A stretch of 64,000 nt of DNA, taken from Candidatus Aminicenantes bacterium (GTDB lineage: Bacteria > Acidobacteriota > Aminicenantia > Aminicenantales > Saccharicenantaceae). A program made the position numbers and the translations under genes. Where the stretch lies: the NCBI GenBank assembly GCA_041320535.1, contig JBGLNH010000001.1, positions 2,106,490-2,170,489 on the forward strand, read 5' to 3'. The notes beneath the pieces were generated by a model. The model worked only from the letters and a program-made list of their open reading frames with translations, had not been told where the DNA came from and did no database searches. This document shows positions 42,248-52,914 of the stretch, piece by piece; the first letter of the stretch is position 1, and each line of letters opens with the position of its first letter.

Positions 42248-43918
42248 TCAGGCGATCCGCGCCGTCCTCGGTCGCCCGTTCCAGTCGGCCGTGACCGCGG
42301 CGAAGCACGCCAGGCCGCTGGGGACGCAGGCGCCGTAGCCGTGGCCCGGGAAAGTCCAGGCGCCGGAGAGATAGAGGTTCCCGATCGGCGTCTTCTGCGG
42401 GAAGCGCCGCTGGCCCGAGTTGTCGGCCGTCTGGTCCCAGCCGTAGACCGCGCCGCGGGGATGGCCGGTGAACCGGAGGCAGGTCAGCGGCGTCGCGACC
42501 TCCAGGACCTCGATGGCCTGGCGCAGCCCCGGCAGGAGCGTCTCCTCGACCCGGTCGATGAGGATGCCGGCCAGGCGCATCTTCTCCTCGGTGTAGGCGT
42601 CCTTGTTGCCGTAGAAGTAGCCGGTCTCGTACTTCTTCCAGTAGTCGTAGCCCTGGGCGACGAGGATGTTGAGGGTGTTCTTGCCCTTGGGCGAGAAGCC
42701 GGGGCCGAGGTTGTCGTAGACGGTCAGGCCGAAGCCCGGCTTCCCGGGCAGCCCGCCGGCCAGGATGTCCCGGTAATCGGCTTCGACGTCGTAGCCGGTG
42801 TTGTAGAAGATCTCGCTGTCCTCGAGCCCGACCTTGCGGACGAGGTCCGTCTTGAGCCCCAGCCAGACGAGGAACATCGAGAAGCTGACCGGGAGCCTGT
42901 CCATGCGGGCCAAGTGGTCCTTGAGGAACTCCTTCTCGTCGGGCATCATCCGGCCGAAGGTGTCCGGGGCGTTGGCGTTGGAGACGACGGCCCGGGCCCT
43001 GAACTCGGCCCCGTCCGCGGTCCGGACGCCGACGGCGGCGTGGTCGCGGGTGAGGATCCGCTCGACCTTGGCGTTGAGCCTGACCTCGCCGCCGTTCTTC
43101 TTGATCAGGCCGACGAAGGCGTCGCTGATCCTCTGCGACGTCCCGACGGGGTAGTAGCCGCCCCCCTCGAGGTACCCCATGAGCGGCATGGCGTAATAGA
43201 AGGTCGAGAGCTTCGACGGCGGCAGCCCGAAATACCCCCACAGCCCGGAGAGGACGCCCTTGAGCTTGGGGTCCTTGATCCGGTCGTCGAGCATCGCCCC
43301 CCAGGTCCGGCTGAAGTTCTTGAAGATGAGAGGGAAGCTCGTCGGGAAGGTCGCCATGTCGACCTGGCCTCGCGCCGCCTGGAGCCGGCCGAGCTCTTCG
43401 GCGAACCCCCTCATGTCGGCGAAAAGGCCGTCGATGCTTTCGGCCTCGCCGGGGAAATGGGACTTGAGGAGCTTGACGTAGCCCGGGACGTCGCGATGGG
43501 GAACCCGGATGTCGTGGCCCGGGTAGATGGCCCGGTAGAGCGGCTTGTGGGGGACGAAGACGACGTCCTCGATCTCGGGGAAGCCCTGGATGAGGTTGGC
43601 GACGCCGCCGCGGATGCCGACCGTCGTCGAGTGGAGCGAGACGTCGAAGGTGAAGCCGCCCGGGCGGGTGAACGCGCTGGCGTATCCGCCGGCGACGCTG
43701 TGCTGCTCGAGGACGAGGACCTTGAAGCCCTGGCGGGCGAAGGCCGCGGCCGCGCTGAGGCCGCCGAGGCCGGCGCCGATGACCACGGCGTCGTATGTCC
43801 CGGGCGGCAGCTTCTCCTGTCCGCCCCTCGGGAAGGCGCTCCAGTCCCAGGCGAGCAGGGGCATCCCGGCCAGGAGCGTCTTGAGAACATCCCGTCTTTC
43901 CCAGGCTCTAGGGGACAT
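42248..43918 (-). CDS. Phytoene-desaturase-family NAD(P)/FAD-dependent oxidoreductase (CrtI-like)
   Basis: ATG 43918 ([23 protein letters not shown]..). [31 protein letters not shown] is a dinucleotide-binding motif. Length 556 aa. Confidence 0.8.
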   Translation of the reverse strand: MSPRAWERRDVLKTLLAGMPLLAWDWSAFPRGGQEKLPPGTYDAVVIGAGLGGLSAAAAFARQGFKVLVLEQHSVAGGYASAFTRPGGFTFDVSLHSTTVGIRGGVANLIQGFPEIEDVVFVPHKPLYRAIYPGHDIRVPHRDVPGYVKLLKSHFPGEAESIDGLFADMRGFAEELGRLQAARGQVDMATFPTSFPLIFKNFSRTWGAMLDDRIKDPKLKGVLSGLWGYFGLPPSKLSTFYYAMPLMGYLEGGGYYPVGTSQRISDAFVGLIKKNGGEVRLNAKVERILTRDHAAVGVRTADGAEFRARAVVSNANAPDTFGRMMPDEKEFLKDHLARMDRLPVSFSMFLVWLGLKTDLVRKVGLEDSEIFYNTGYDVEADYRDILAGGLPGKPGFGLTVYDNLGPGFSPKGKNTLNILVAQGYDYWKKYETGYFYGNKDAYTEEKMRLAGILIDRVEETLLPGLRQAIEVLEVATPLTCLRFTGHPRGAVYGWDQTADNSGQRRFPQKTPIGNLYLSGAWTFPGHGYGACVPSGLACFAAVTADWNGRPRTARIA

Positions 43919-44086
43919 GGGGCCTCCTCGTGCGCGGCCCGGCGCCGCCAAAGATCGTACGAAGGCGAGTGTACGCCCGGTCGACGGGGGAGTCAATGCG
44001 GCCGGCCCGGCGATTGACAAGAGAGGGGCGGGGCCCTACGATTGATAGCGACCCCGTGGTCCGCGGTCGACGCGAAGAACCGCCCC

Positions 44087-45465
44087 ATGACGACGCTGCG
44101 CCGGCGCCTCCTCCTTATCGTGCCTATCGCCTTGCTCGTCGCCGGCGCCCTTTTGGCCTCGGCCTCTCCGGCCGGGGGGCGGGCGGCGCTCCGGTTCGCC
44201 TGGCTGACCGACACCCATGTCGGTTCCGACCGCGGCGCCGACGACCTCCGGGCTTCCGTCGCCGACATCAATGGCCAACCCCATCTCGCCTTCGTCCTGG
44301 TGTCGGGCGACGTCACCGAGATGGGGGCCTTCTCGGAATTCCGACTGGCCAAGGACATCCTCGACGGCCTGCGCGTCCCCTATCACGTCATCCCCGGCAA
44401 TCACGACACGAAGTGGTCGGATTCGGGCGGCTCCGACTTCCAGAGGCTCTGGCGGGCCGACCGGTTCGTCTTCGAGAGCGGCGGCTTCCGTTTCATCGGC
44501 ATGCACCAGGGCCCGGTCGCGAGAATGGGCGACGGGCACTTCGCGCCCCAGGACGTCCGCTGGCTGGACGGGCTGCTCGCGGAGCCGGGCGCGGCGGCCA
44601 AGCCGACGGTCTTCGTCACGCACTTCCCCCTAGACGAGAGCGTCGCCAACAAGTCCGCCGTGCTCGACCGCCTCAAGAAGGTGCCCACGGTCGCCGTCCT
44701 CGTCGGTCACGGGCACGGCAACCGGGCCCTGAGCTTCGAGGGGTTGGCCGGGGTCATGGGCCGCTCGAACCTGGGGACCAAGGACGCCGCTCCGGGCTAC
44801 ACGATCGTCGAGATCGGGACCAAGGGGATGTCGTTCGCCGAGAGGTCCGGGGGCAAGACGCGGGCCCCGTGGCACAGGATCGGCCTGGGGAAAAAAGGCC
44901 TCCCCGTCGTCGACAGGGGCCGGCCGGCTTCGGTGAGCGCCAAGGCCGCGGCCGGAGCGCCCCGGCCCGACCTCTGGGTCAACGACCTGTTCCCGGGTGT
45001 CCGCGTCCGCTGGCGGTTCGAGACGGGCTGGACGATCGCGTCCGCGGCCGCCGTCTCCGAAGACACGGTCGTCTTCGGGGACGCTTCGGGCGTCGTCCGC
45101 GCCCTGCGGATCAAGGACGGCAGCATCGCCTGGGAGCACAAGACCGACGACCCGGTCTACTCGACCCCGGCCGTCGGCGGCGGCCGGGTCGTCTTCGGCG
45201 GCACGGACGGCGCCGTCCGGGCCCTGGACGCCCGGACGGGGACGCTCCTCTGGAAGGTCCAGACGGGAGGGCCGATCGTCGCCAGCCCGAGGATCGCCGA
45301 AGGGACCGTCTTCATCGGCTCGAGCGACCACGTCTTCCGGGCCCTCCGGCTGACCACGGGAGAGGCGGTCTGGAGCCACAACGGCATCGAGGGCTTCGTC
45401 GAGACGAGGCCGCTCGTCGCCGGCGGCACGGTCGTCTTCGGCGCCTGGGACGGGCGCCTCTACGC
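44087..45465 (+). CDS. Calcineurin-like metallophosphoesterase fused to a PQQ-like beta-propeller (C-terminus missing)
   Basis: [12 protein letters not shown]..; [23 protein letters not shown]; then repeats ..[45 protein letters not shown].. Confidence 0.75.
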
Positions 45466-45705
45466 TTCGCCGAGGACGGCATGGCCCTCATCGAGGAGAT
45501 CGTCCAGATCTTCGAGAGCTACCGTTTCGAGACCGAGGTCATCGTGGCCAGCGTCCGCCATCCCCGCCACGTCATCGACGCGGCCCGCCTCGGGGCCGAT
45601 ATCGCCACCGTCCCCTACGCCGTCATGGCCAAGCTCGTCCACCACCCGCTGACCGACATCGGCATCGAGCGCTTCCTCTCCGATTGGAGGAAAGTCAAGA
45701 AGTGA
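45466..45705 (+). CDS. tal: Transaldolase (fructose-6-phosphate aldolase-type), C-terminal ~78 aa only
   Basis: ..[77 protein letters not shown]. Confidence 0.75.
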   Translation, partial: FAEDGMALIEEIVQIFESYRFETEVIVASVRHPRHVIDAARLGADIATVPYAVMAKLVHHPLTDIGIERFLSDWRKVKK

Positions 45706-48700
45706 GGTCCGACCCGATCTTCCGGATCCGCGAGCTGGTCCGGGCCCTGGCCCGGAAGGCCCGCCGGGCCCTGGTGTTCGCCCTCGTCCTGGCCGCGCTC
45801 GGCGCCAGCCTCTCGGTCGGCCGTAGCGCCCTGCTCAACGAGGTCCGCAAGGGGATCCGCAAGACCTACGCCTACGACCGCCTGACCCTGTCCTATCTGC
45901 CGCCCGCCCTCGTCATCGAGGGCCTCCGCTCGCTCACCGAGCCGCCGGCGATCCGGGTCCGTCGCGTCCGGGTCGAGATCTCCTACCTCTCGCTGCTCCG
46001 CAACCGCAAGTCCCTGTCGGTCGTCCTCGACTCCCCGGAGATCCGCCTGGCGCCGCCCGCCGCCGCGCCCCGGACGAAGCCGCGCCGGCCGCCGTCGGTC
46101 CTCTCGTTGCCCTTCATCGTCGAGAGGGGGCTCGTCGAGAACGGATCGTTCGTCTACGAGGCTGGCGGCACGGCGCTCCGGGCCCGGGGCGTCCGGGCCG
46201 TGGTCACCCAGGACGGCGACGCTTTCACGGTCCGGGCCACGGCCCGGTCGAGCGAGTACGCCGCGAAGGGCAGGCCCCCCCGGTCCCTCGGCGGCCTGAC
46301 CGTCCTCGCCGCGGGCAGAGGCGAGGACATCGCGGTCGAACGCCTGGCCGTCGAGGGGCCCGACCTGACGGCCTCCGTCGAAGGCCGTCTCAGGAGCCTG
46401 TTCGATCCGGAGCTCGAGATGACGGCCCGGTTCGACGCGGACACGGATTTCCTGGACGCCGTCCTGCACATGCCCTTCGACTGGCGGGGGCGCGTGGACG
46501 GCGAAGGCCGGGTGGAGCGCAAGGCCGGCAAGATCGCCGTCGCGGCCAGCTTCGGTTCGCGAGACCTGGTCCTCTCGGGGACGCCGATGGGCGTCCTTCG
46601 GGGCCGCTTCGAGCTCCTCCCGGAGACGGGCGGCCGTCTCGAGGCCGGCCTCCAGAAGCCCGGCCGTCCCGCCGAGAGCCTGACCCTGACCTTCCGGAAC
46701 GGACGGGTCGAAGGCCGGGCCGAGCCGCTCGTCGTCGACCCGGTCTTCAGCGAGCTCTCCATACCGTGGCCGGTCCGGTCGACCGTCGTCGGGGACTTCA
46801 GCGTCGCGGACCGCAAGCTCGCCGTCGAGGCCGAGTTCCGCGACGACTCCCTCGAGCTCCGGGAGGGCTCGTACGCCTTCCGCGGCGGGGTCACGGTCGG
46901 GGTCGATTTCCCGGCCGACTTCGTCACCATCGCCGCCCCCGGCCTCGACACGAGCTTCGGGCGTTTCGAGGCCAACGCCGCCTTCGACCTCGGGGGCGAT
47001 ATGGACGCCCGGGTCCGGGGCCAGGTCTCCGACGTCAAGGCGACGCGGGAGTTCGTCGCGGCGGTCCTCGGGGAGCCGTTCGCCTTCGGCGAGATCCGCG
47101 GCCGGGGCTACGCCGACGTCCGGCTCGGGGGCCGGTCCGCGTCCCCGACCGTGGTCATCAAGGCCACCCTGTCGCCCGGCGGCTACGAGCTCTTCGACGC
47201 CGCGGACGTCGAAGCGGACGTCGTCTTCGGGCCGGACGGGTTCGACGGCCGGTTCGAAGTCGACGACCCCGGGATCCGGGGCCGGGCCCGCATCCGGACG
47301 AGCGGCGAGGCGCTCGAGCTCGAGGTCGAGAACGGCGAGTTCGAGCTGGCCGAGGTCCTGCCCGCCCTCGGCATCCCCGCCGTCCTCACGGGCCGGGCCG
47401 CGGGGAACTTCCGGATGACCGACCGGGCCGGGGCCATGGAGTTGTCGGGGGCCTTCACCAGTTCCGAGATCCGCGGCTACGGCGAGACCGCGAAGAACGT
47501 CTCCGGCCGGCTCGAATGGAAAGAGGACAGCGTCGCCTTTCCCGAGCTGGAGATGGACTTCCACGGCGGCCGCCTCAACGGGCGCGTCGCCGCCGGGACC
47601 GGGAGCGGCGAATTCGACGTCGACCTGCGCGGCGAGGAGCTCGACTTCCGGACCGTCGTCCCGTCGGCGGCCGGCCGCCTGTCGCTCTCGCTCGCGGGCC
47701 GCGGCGTCTTCGGCCGCGACCGTCTCGGCGGGCTCTTCAGCGTCAAGGACCTGGTCCTTTCCCCCCTCGACCGGACCGAGGCCCGCGGCGGGCTCCGGCT
47801 GGACGTCTCCGGGGGCCGGGTCCTGCTCGCGCTCGACGGCGAGCTGGCCGGCGGCGGGAACCCGTTCGAGGCCTCGTTCACTTTCCCGCTCTCGGGCCGG
47901 CCCTTCACCGGCCGCGTCGGCGGCTCCCTTTCGACCCTCGACCTCGTCGTGCCCTGGGACGGGGCCAAGGGCCGGGGGAATTTCGTCGCCGACGTCGCGG
48001 GGGGCGAGACGGGCGCGTCCGTCTCGCTCTCGTTCGACCTCGCGGGCCCCGTCCTGCCGCTGCCGGGCTTCGCCTACGCCCTGACCGATTACAGGGTGGC
48101 GGGGAAGTACCTCGACGGGAAGCTGTCCCTGACGGCCATCGGCGGGACGCTCGGCGGCGGGGCCGTCACCGGCTCCGGGGAGGCCGGCTTCGGCGACGCC
48201 GGTCTCGAGACGATGGACCTGAGGCTCGAGGGCCGGGACATGGTCCTCTCGCCCATGGAGCGGATGCGGGCCCAGGCCGACGCCTCGCTCCGTCTCCTCA
48301 AGGACCGGCGGCGCTTCGTCACCGAGGGCGAGATCCTGTTCAAGCGCCTGGACTGGCGCCGCGAGATCTACGAGGAGTTCGGCTTCTCGTCGGCGACGGA
48401 CGAGGGGCCGGGGGGGCCGTCCTTCTTCGACGGCATGTCCCTCAACGTCCGGATGCGGGGCAACGAGAACGTGGTCATCGACAACGGGCTCGGCCGTTTC
48501 GACGGCCGGTTCAACCTGACCGTGATCGGGGCCCTGTCCGCGCCCATCCTTCTCGGGGACATCGACATCGTCAGCGGCGACTTCTACTTCCAGGACCGCA
48601 GCTTCCGCGTCATCCACGGGCGGCTGAGCTTCACCGACCCGGTGAGGTCGGAGCCCTATCTCGACTTCCGCGGCGAGACCTACGTCAAGGACTTCCGGGT

Positions 48701-49176
48701 GACGCTCGACCTGAGCGGGCCGACCAGCCGCCTCAAGCCGGAGTTCAGCTCCTCGCCGCCGCTCGCCCCCGACGAGATCCTGACCCTGCTCGCGCTGGGC
48801 GACGCTTTCCGGCGCATGTACTATTCGTATTCGGGGGACCGGAGCACGGCCTTGAGCACGGCCTCCCTCCTGACCTACCAGATCGCCGACCTGGCCAAGA
48901 GGAGAACGGGGGGCGGCGTCTTCTCCCTGGACCGCCTGCGGATCGACCCCTATATCCCGGAGCGCGCCACGGGCGGGATCGCCGCGCGCATCACCGTGGG
49001 CAAGAAGGTCTCGAAGAACCTCCTGTTCCTCTACTCGACGATCGTGGCCAACTCCACCGTCATGTCCGAGATCGAGGAGGTGCCGATCTTCCGCATGGAG
49101 TGGGACATCAGCAGGAGGTTCTCGCTCGTGGGCGGGCGGGACGACCGTGGAAGGCTCGGATTCGATGTCAAATTCG
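45702..49176 (+). CDS. tamB: TamB-like translocation and assembly module protein (DUF490), last residues missing
   Basis: GTG 45702 overlaps the tal stop (GTGA). N-terminal TM segment [15 protein letters not shown], a long beta-rich body, and a C-terminus ..[31 protein letters not shown] typical of DUF490. Confidence 0.8.
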
Positions 49177-49692
49177 GTAGGGATAGACCATGCTGTAGGC
49201 GAACACAGCCTCGGTCGGCTCGACCGGCAGGCCGAGGTCGAACTGGAGCGAGTTCATGATCCAGACGTTGCGCATGGCCTGGTAGGCCGAATCCAGGCCG
49301 AGCCGCGGGTCGAAATCGCGGGCTTGACCGATGAAGCGGCGCGTCGCGTCGACGAAACGGGCGTCGTAGACCTTGTCGAGGGGGAGGCCGATCCGTTCGA
49401 GGAGGCTCTTGAACGTCGGCCGGAGCGCCGCGGCCATGTCCTCGAGGCGTTCGGGGCCCAGTGAGCCGTCGAGGAAGGCCGTCCTCGTCCGCTCGTCGGC
49501 GAGCTTCCCGACGAGGTCCGAGAGCTCGCGCTCGAAGGCCCTCTTCTGCCTCCGTCCGAACCTCTTTCCGAGCGGCGGCGGCTCCTCGGAAGCGCTGCGC
49601 CAGAGACCGGCGTGGAGGCGGACGAGCTCCTCGACGCGGCCGCCGAGGGGCCCGACGGCCGCCGACAGGAATGACCCGATCCCCGTGTTCAC
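49177..49692 (-). CDS. Isoprenoid-synthase-superfamily protein, N-terminal half (ends ..FAYSMVYPY at the junction)
   Basis: GTG 49692. MNTGIGSFLSAAVGPLGGRVEELVRLHAGL...DSAYQAMRNVWIMNSLQFDLGLPVEPTEAVFAYSMVYPY. The apparent stop codon is supplied by the neighbouring block. Confidence 0.5.
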
Positions 49693-49736
49693 GGTCCCGA
49701 TTATAGGCCAAAGCCGTTCGCCGGGGAATTAATCCG

Positions 49737-49765
49737 TTGACAGCCCGGACCGGCCCCTCTATCAT
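49737..49765 (+). promoter_or_regulatory. Promoter TTGACA-N17-TATCAT for the APH-like kinase gene
   Basis: TTGACA at 49737-49742 and TATCAT at 49760-49765. GGAGGAGG precedes ATG 49795. Confidence 0.55.
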
Positions 49766-49794
49766 CCCGGCCATCGGCCGATCGGAGGAGGCCC

Positions 49795-50733
49795 ATGACC
49801 CGCGCGGACATCGAAGCCGTCTTAGGGCTCCTGGACATCCCTTTGGCCCGGACGAGGCCCGATCTGGCGGTCGCCGGAAGTCCCGAGCGGTCGCTCGAGC
49901 GGACCGCGGTCGAGGACCCCGGCGGCGGCCTGTGGATCGTCGAGCGGCACGACGCCCGGCAGGCGGCGCGCAAGCAGGAGATCGCCGCCGCCGCGGCCTA
50001 CATCGGCGCCAGGCTGCCCGAGGTCCGGCCCTGCCTGGCCTTCGCTCCCGGCCGGTTCGTCGCGGAGCGGGCCGGGGCGGCCTGGCAGGTCTCCCCGTAC
50101 GTCGCCGGCGTCGAGCTCGAGCGGCCGGCCTTCGCCTTCGAGGGCTGGCGGGGCGAGGCGCTGGCCGACCTGCTCGTCCGGTTCCGGCGCGCCGCGGCCG
50201 GCCTGTCCGGCGACGCTTCGTGCTTCTCGCTCGCGGCCTTCGTCCGCGACCTCGCCGGCAAGCTGGGCGAGCGCGAGCGACGCGTGTTCGAGCAGGTCCA
50301 TCCGGCCGTCCTGCGGCTCGAGCGGGAGCTCTTCCCGAAGCTCGCCGGGGTCCCGGCCGCCTTCAGCCACGGCGATCTCCATCCGCTCAATGTCGTCTGG
50401 TCGCCCGCGGGGATCGGCGCCCTCATCGACTTCGAGTTCTGCGGCCCCCGGCCGGAGACCTACGACGCCGCCCTCCTCGTCGGGTGCGTCGGGATGGAGG
50501 ACCCGCGGAGCCTGACCGGCGACCTCGTCGGGAGTTTCGTCGGAGGGCTGCGGGCCGGCGCCGGGTACTCGGCGCCGGGCTGGGAGGCGTTCCCCGATCT
50601 CGTCCTGGCGCTCCGCTTCGCCTGGCTGTCCGATTGGCTGCGGCGGGGCGACCGCGAGATGGTCGATCTCGAGGCGGTCTACATCGGCCTGCTGCTCGGG
50701 GACCGGGAGCGGTTGGAGAAGGCCTGGGCCTGA
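49795..50733 (+). CDS. Aminoglycoside-phosphotransferase-fold (APH/ChoK-like) kinase
   Basis: ..FSHGDLHPLNVVW.. (Brenner motif) and ..ALIDFEF..; 312 aa. Confidence 0.75.
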   Translation: MTRADIEAVLGLLDIPLARTRPDLAVAGSPERSLERTAVEDPGGGLWIVERHDARQAARKQEIAAAAAYIGARLPEVRPCLAFAPGRFVAERAGAAWQVSPYVAGVELERPAFAFEGWRGEALADLLVRFRRAAAGLSGDASCFSLAAFVRDLAGKLGERERRVFEQVHPAVLRLERELFPKLAGVPAAFSHGDLHPLNVVWSPAGIGALIDFEFCGPRPETYDAALLVGCVGMEDPRSLTGDLVGSFVGGLRAGAGYSAPGWEAFPDLVLALRFAWLSDWLRRGDREMVDLEAVYIGLLLGDRERLEKAWA

Positions 50734-51114
50734 TCAGTGGGAGACGGCGGTGGGGATGCCGCCCCCGTTCTTCTCGGCGTAGAGGTGCTTGATCAGCGAC
50801 AGCAGCGTCTGGGAGATGCTGTGCAGGAACTCGACGCCGCTCTCGAAGAGGTCGTCGTCCTCCTCGCTCTTCTTGGTCCACTTGACCTCGCCGTCGACCT
50901 TGATGGACTGGTTGGTCCGCTCGAGGTCGATGACGATCCGGACGACGCTCCCGACGGGGAAGTAGTGGGGCGTGCAGATCCTCGCTCCGGACAGGGAGAG
51001 GTCGTGGGTGTGGGCGTTGATGCCGTGTCCGTAGTGGCCATCGCTGTTCTCGGATGTCGACTTGATGAAGACCGTGTTCCGTTCCGCGAACCGCTTGTCT
51101 TTGCGATTGTCCAT
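50734..51114 (-). CDS. PilZ domain protein
   Basis: ATG 51114. MDNRKDKRFAERNTVFIK...HTHDLSLSGARI.. carries the RxxxR ... D/NxSxxG PilZ signature. Confidence 0.7.
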   Translation of the reverse strand: MDNRKDKRFAERNTVFIKSTSENSDGHYGHGINAHTHDLSLSGARICTPHYFPVGSVVRIVIDLERTNQSIKVDGEVKWTKKSEEDDDLFESGVEFLHSISQTLLSLIKHLYAEKNGGGIPTAVSH

Positions 51115-51217
51115 CGTCCGTGTCCTCCCGCGAGGTCTGAGATCAGGTTCGCGACGATTTTCGTCCCGGAGGTGACCGCGGTCAATCACCCCTAAGGGTG
51201 ATTCGGGAGGTGATATC

Positions 51218-51913
51218 TCACCCCCGCCGGACCGGGGGAGAGAGGTCGTCCTTCTTCCTGACCGCGAGATAGGCCATCAGGTAGAAGGAGAGCATGGAGA
51301 AGGAATAGAGGAAGTCCTCCAAGGGGATGGAAATGACGCGGATCCCCCAGATGGCGTCCGGGTTGTAAAACACGATCGGCGGGGCCGTCAGCAGGTGATT
51401 GAAGATCAGGAAGGGGGCGTAGGAGATCAGGATGTAGAGCCAGTACCGGGACGAGCGGAGCTGTTCCCTGGCGAAGAGGCCCGCCGCCAGGAAGAACAGC
51501 CCGCAGGAGGCCAGGACGAGCCGGGTGTAGCCCTGGGGATAGAAGGCCGCCGACCCGGCGAAGAACAGGGCGGCCAGGGCCAGGGCGGGGCCCCGGCCGA
51601 AGCGGACGGGCCGCTCCCGGGTCTTGGCCCTGAGGACCTCGTAGATGAAGATGCAGCTGAACGGGACCACGACGAAGAACAGGTACTCCTCGAGGGGCAG
51701 GGCGAAGATCTTGATCCCGAGGTGGTATTCCGGGTTGAAGCCCCAGTCGCCCCGCGCCGTCACCCAGTTGTCCCAGGCCAGATAGACCGTCCCGGCCGTG
51801 GCGACGGCGAACAGCAGGGCCGGCCAGCGCCGGTAGTAGCGGACGGGGCGCCAGAAGCTGAACAGAAGGGGACCGGCGACGATGACGAGATCGATCAGAA
51901 GGTAGCGGCTCAT
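51218..51913 (-). CDS. Lycopene cyclase domain protein (fused CrtYc/Yd-type)
   Basis: 231 aa, multi-TM, with two PLEE/PLED motifs (FALPLEEYLFF and ISIPLEDFLYS). Confidence 0.8.
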   Translation of the reverse strand: MSRYLLIDLVIVAGPLLFSFWRPVRYYRRWPALLFAVATAGTVYLAWDNWVTARGDWGFNPEYHLGIKIFALPLEEYLFFVVVPFSCIFIYEVLRAKTRERPVRFGRGPALALAALFFAGSAAFYPQGYTRLVLASCGLFFLAAGLFAREQLRSSRYWLYILISYAPFLIFNHLLTAPPIVFYNPDAIWGIRVISIPLEDFLYSFSMLSFYLMAYLAVRKKDDLSPPVRRG

Positions 51914-51918
51914 GCCCG

Positions 51919-52914
51919 TCAGCTTCTCCTGCTCAGGCTGAAATCGAGGAGCGTTTCCAGGACCTCTCTGTGGCCGGGGGCCACGGGCAGGGCGCGGATG
52001 ACGCCCCGGGCCCGTCTCCCGTAACGGGCCATGGACCTCCGGACCGACTCGACCGCCCCCCGTCGCGCCGCGATGTCGCGAACGAACTGGATGTCGGACG
52101 CGGCCAGATCGGGGCGGCCGAAGAGGGCCCTCAGCGCCCGCCGCTCCTTCCCTCCGGCCCGCTCGAAGATCCGCAGGTAGAGCAGGGTCTTCTTGCCCTG
52201 CCGGAGATCGGAGCCGATCGGCTTGCCCAGAACGGACTCGTCGCCGAACAGGCCCAGGTCGTCGTCCTTGAGCTGGAAGATGATGCCGAGGTCTTCGCCC
52301 AGGCTCTCGAGCTCGGCCCGGACGCGGGGGGAGCCGTCGCCGAGGACCCAGCCCATGGCCAGGGGAAGGGAGAACGAGTAGCGGGCGGTCTTGTAGCGGT
52401 AGAGGTCGATGATCTCGCGGGCGGCGATCGGGCCCTTCGAGAAGCCGGCCCGGATGTCCCGTATCTGGCCCAGGCCGACCAGACCGAACTCGGCGGCGAA
52501 GAGCTGTTGGACCGTGGCCATGTGGCGGCAGCGGACGGACAGGCCGGCCAGGGCCTCGAAGGCCAGGAAGATGGCGATCTCCCCGGCGCAGATGCCCATG
52601 CTGATCCCGTAATGGTCGGGGTCCGTGAGCCCCTCCCTCTCGGCCGCCGCGGCGTATTGCCGATGCAGCGAGGGGGCGCCGCGGCGCAGAGCGTCACGGT
52701 CCATGATGTCGTCGTGGATGAGCAGGGCGGACTGCATGAGCTCCAGGGCCGTCCCGGCCCGTACCGCGGCGCCGGATAAGCGGCGCCCGGCCATCTCGAA
52801 GCCGAGGCAGGCCAGGCCGCCCCGGATGAGCTTCCCCTTGCGGGTGAACTCGGCGAGCCGCCGCAGGACCTCCGACGACGACTTCTCCTGGCTCGACGCC
52901 ACCGACAAGGTCAC
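51919..52914 (-). CDS. Polyprenyl (geranylgeranyl) diphosphate synthase
   Basis: LLIHDDIMD (FARM), FQLKDDDLG (SARM), GKPIGSDLRQGKKT. The N-terminal boundary (GTG 52914) is ambiguous because the junction lies within 52870-52916. Confidence 0.8.
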   Translation of the reverse strand: MTLSVASSQEKSSSEVLRRLAEFTRKGKLIRGGLACLGFEMAGRRLSGAAVRAGTALELMQSALLIHDDIMDRDALRRGAPSLHRQYAAAAEREGLTDPDHYGISMGICAGEIAIFLAFEALAGLSVRCRHMATVQQLFAAEFGLVGLGQIRDIRAGFSKGPIAAREIIDLYRYKTARYSFSLPLAMGWVLGDGSPRVRAELESLGEDLGIIFQLKDDDLGLFGDESVLGKPIGSDLRQGKKTLLYLRIFERAGGKERRALRALFGRPDLAASDIQFVRDIAARRGAVESVRRSMARYGRRARGVIRALPVAPGHREVLETLLDFSLSRRS

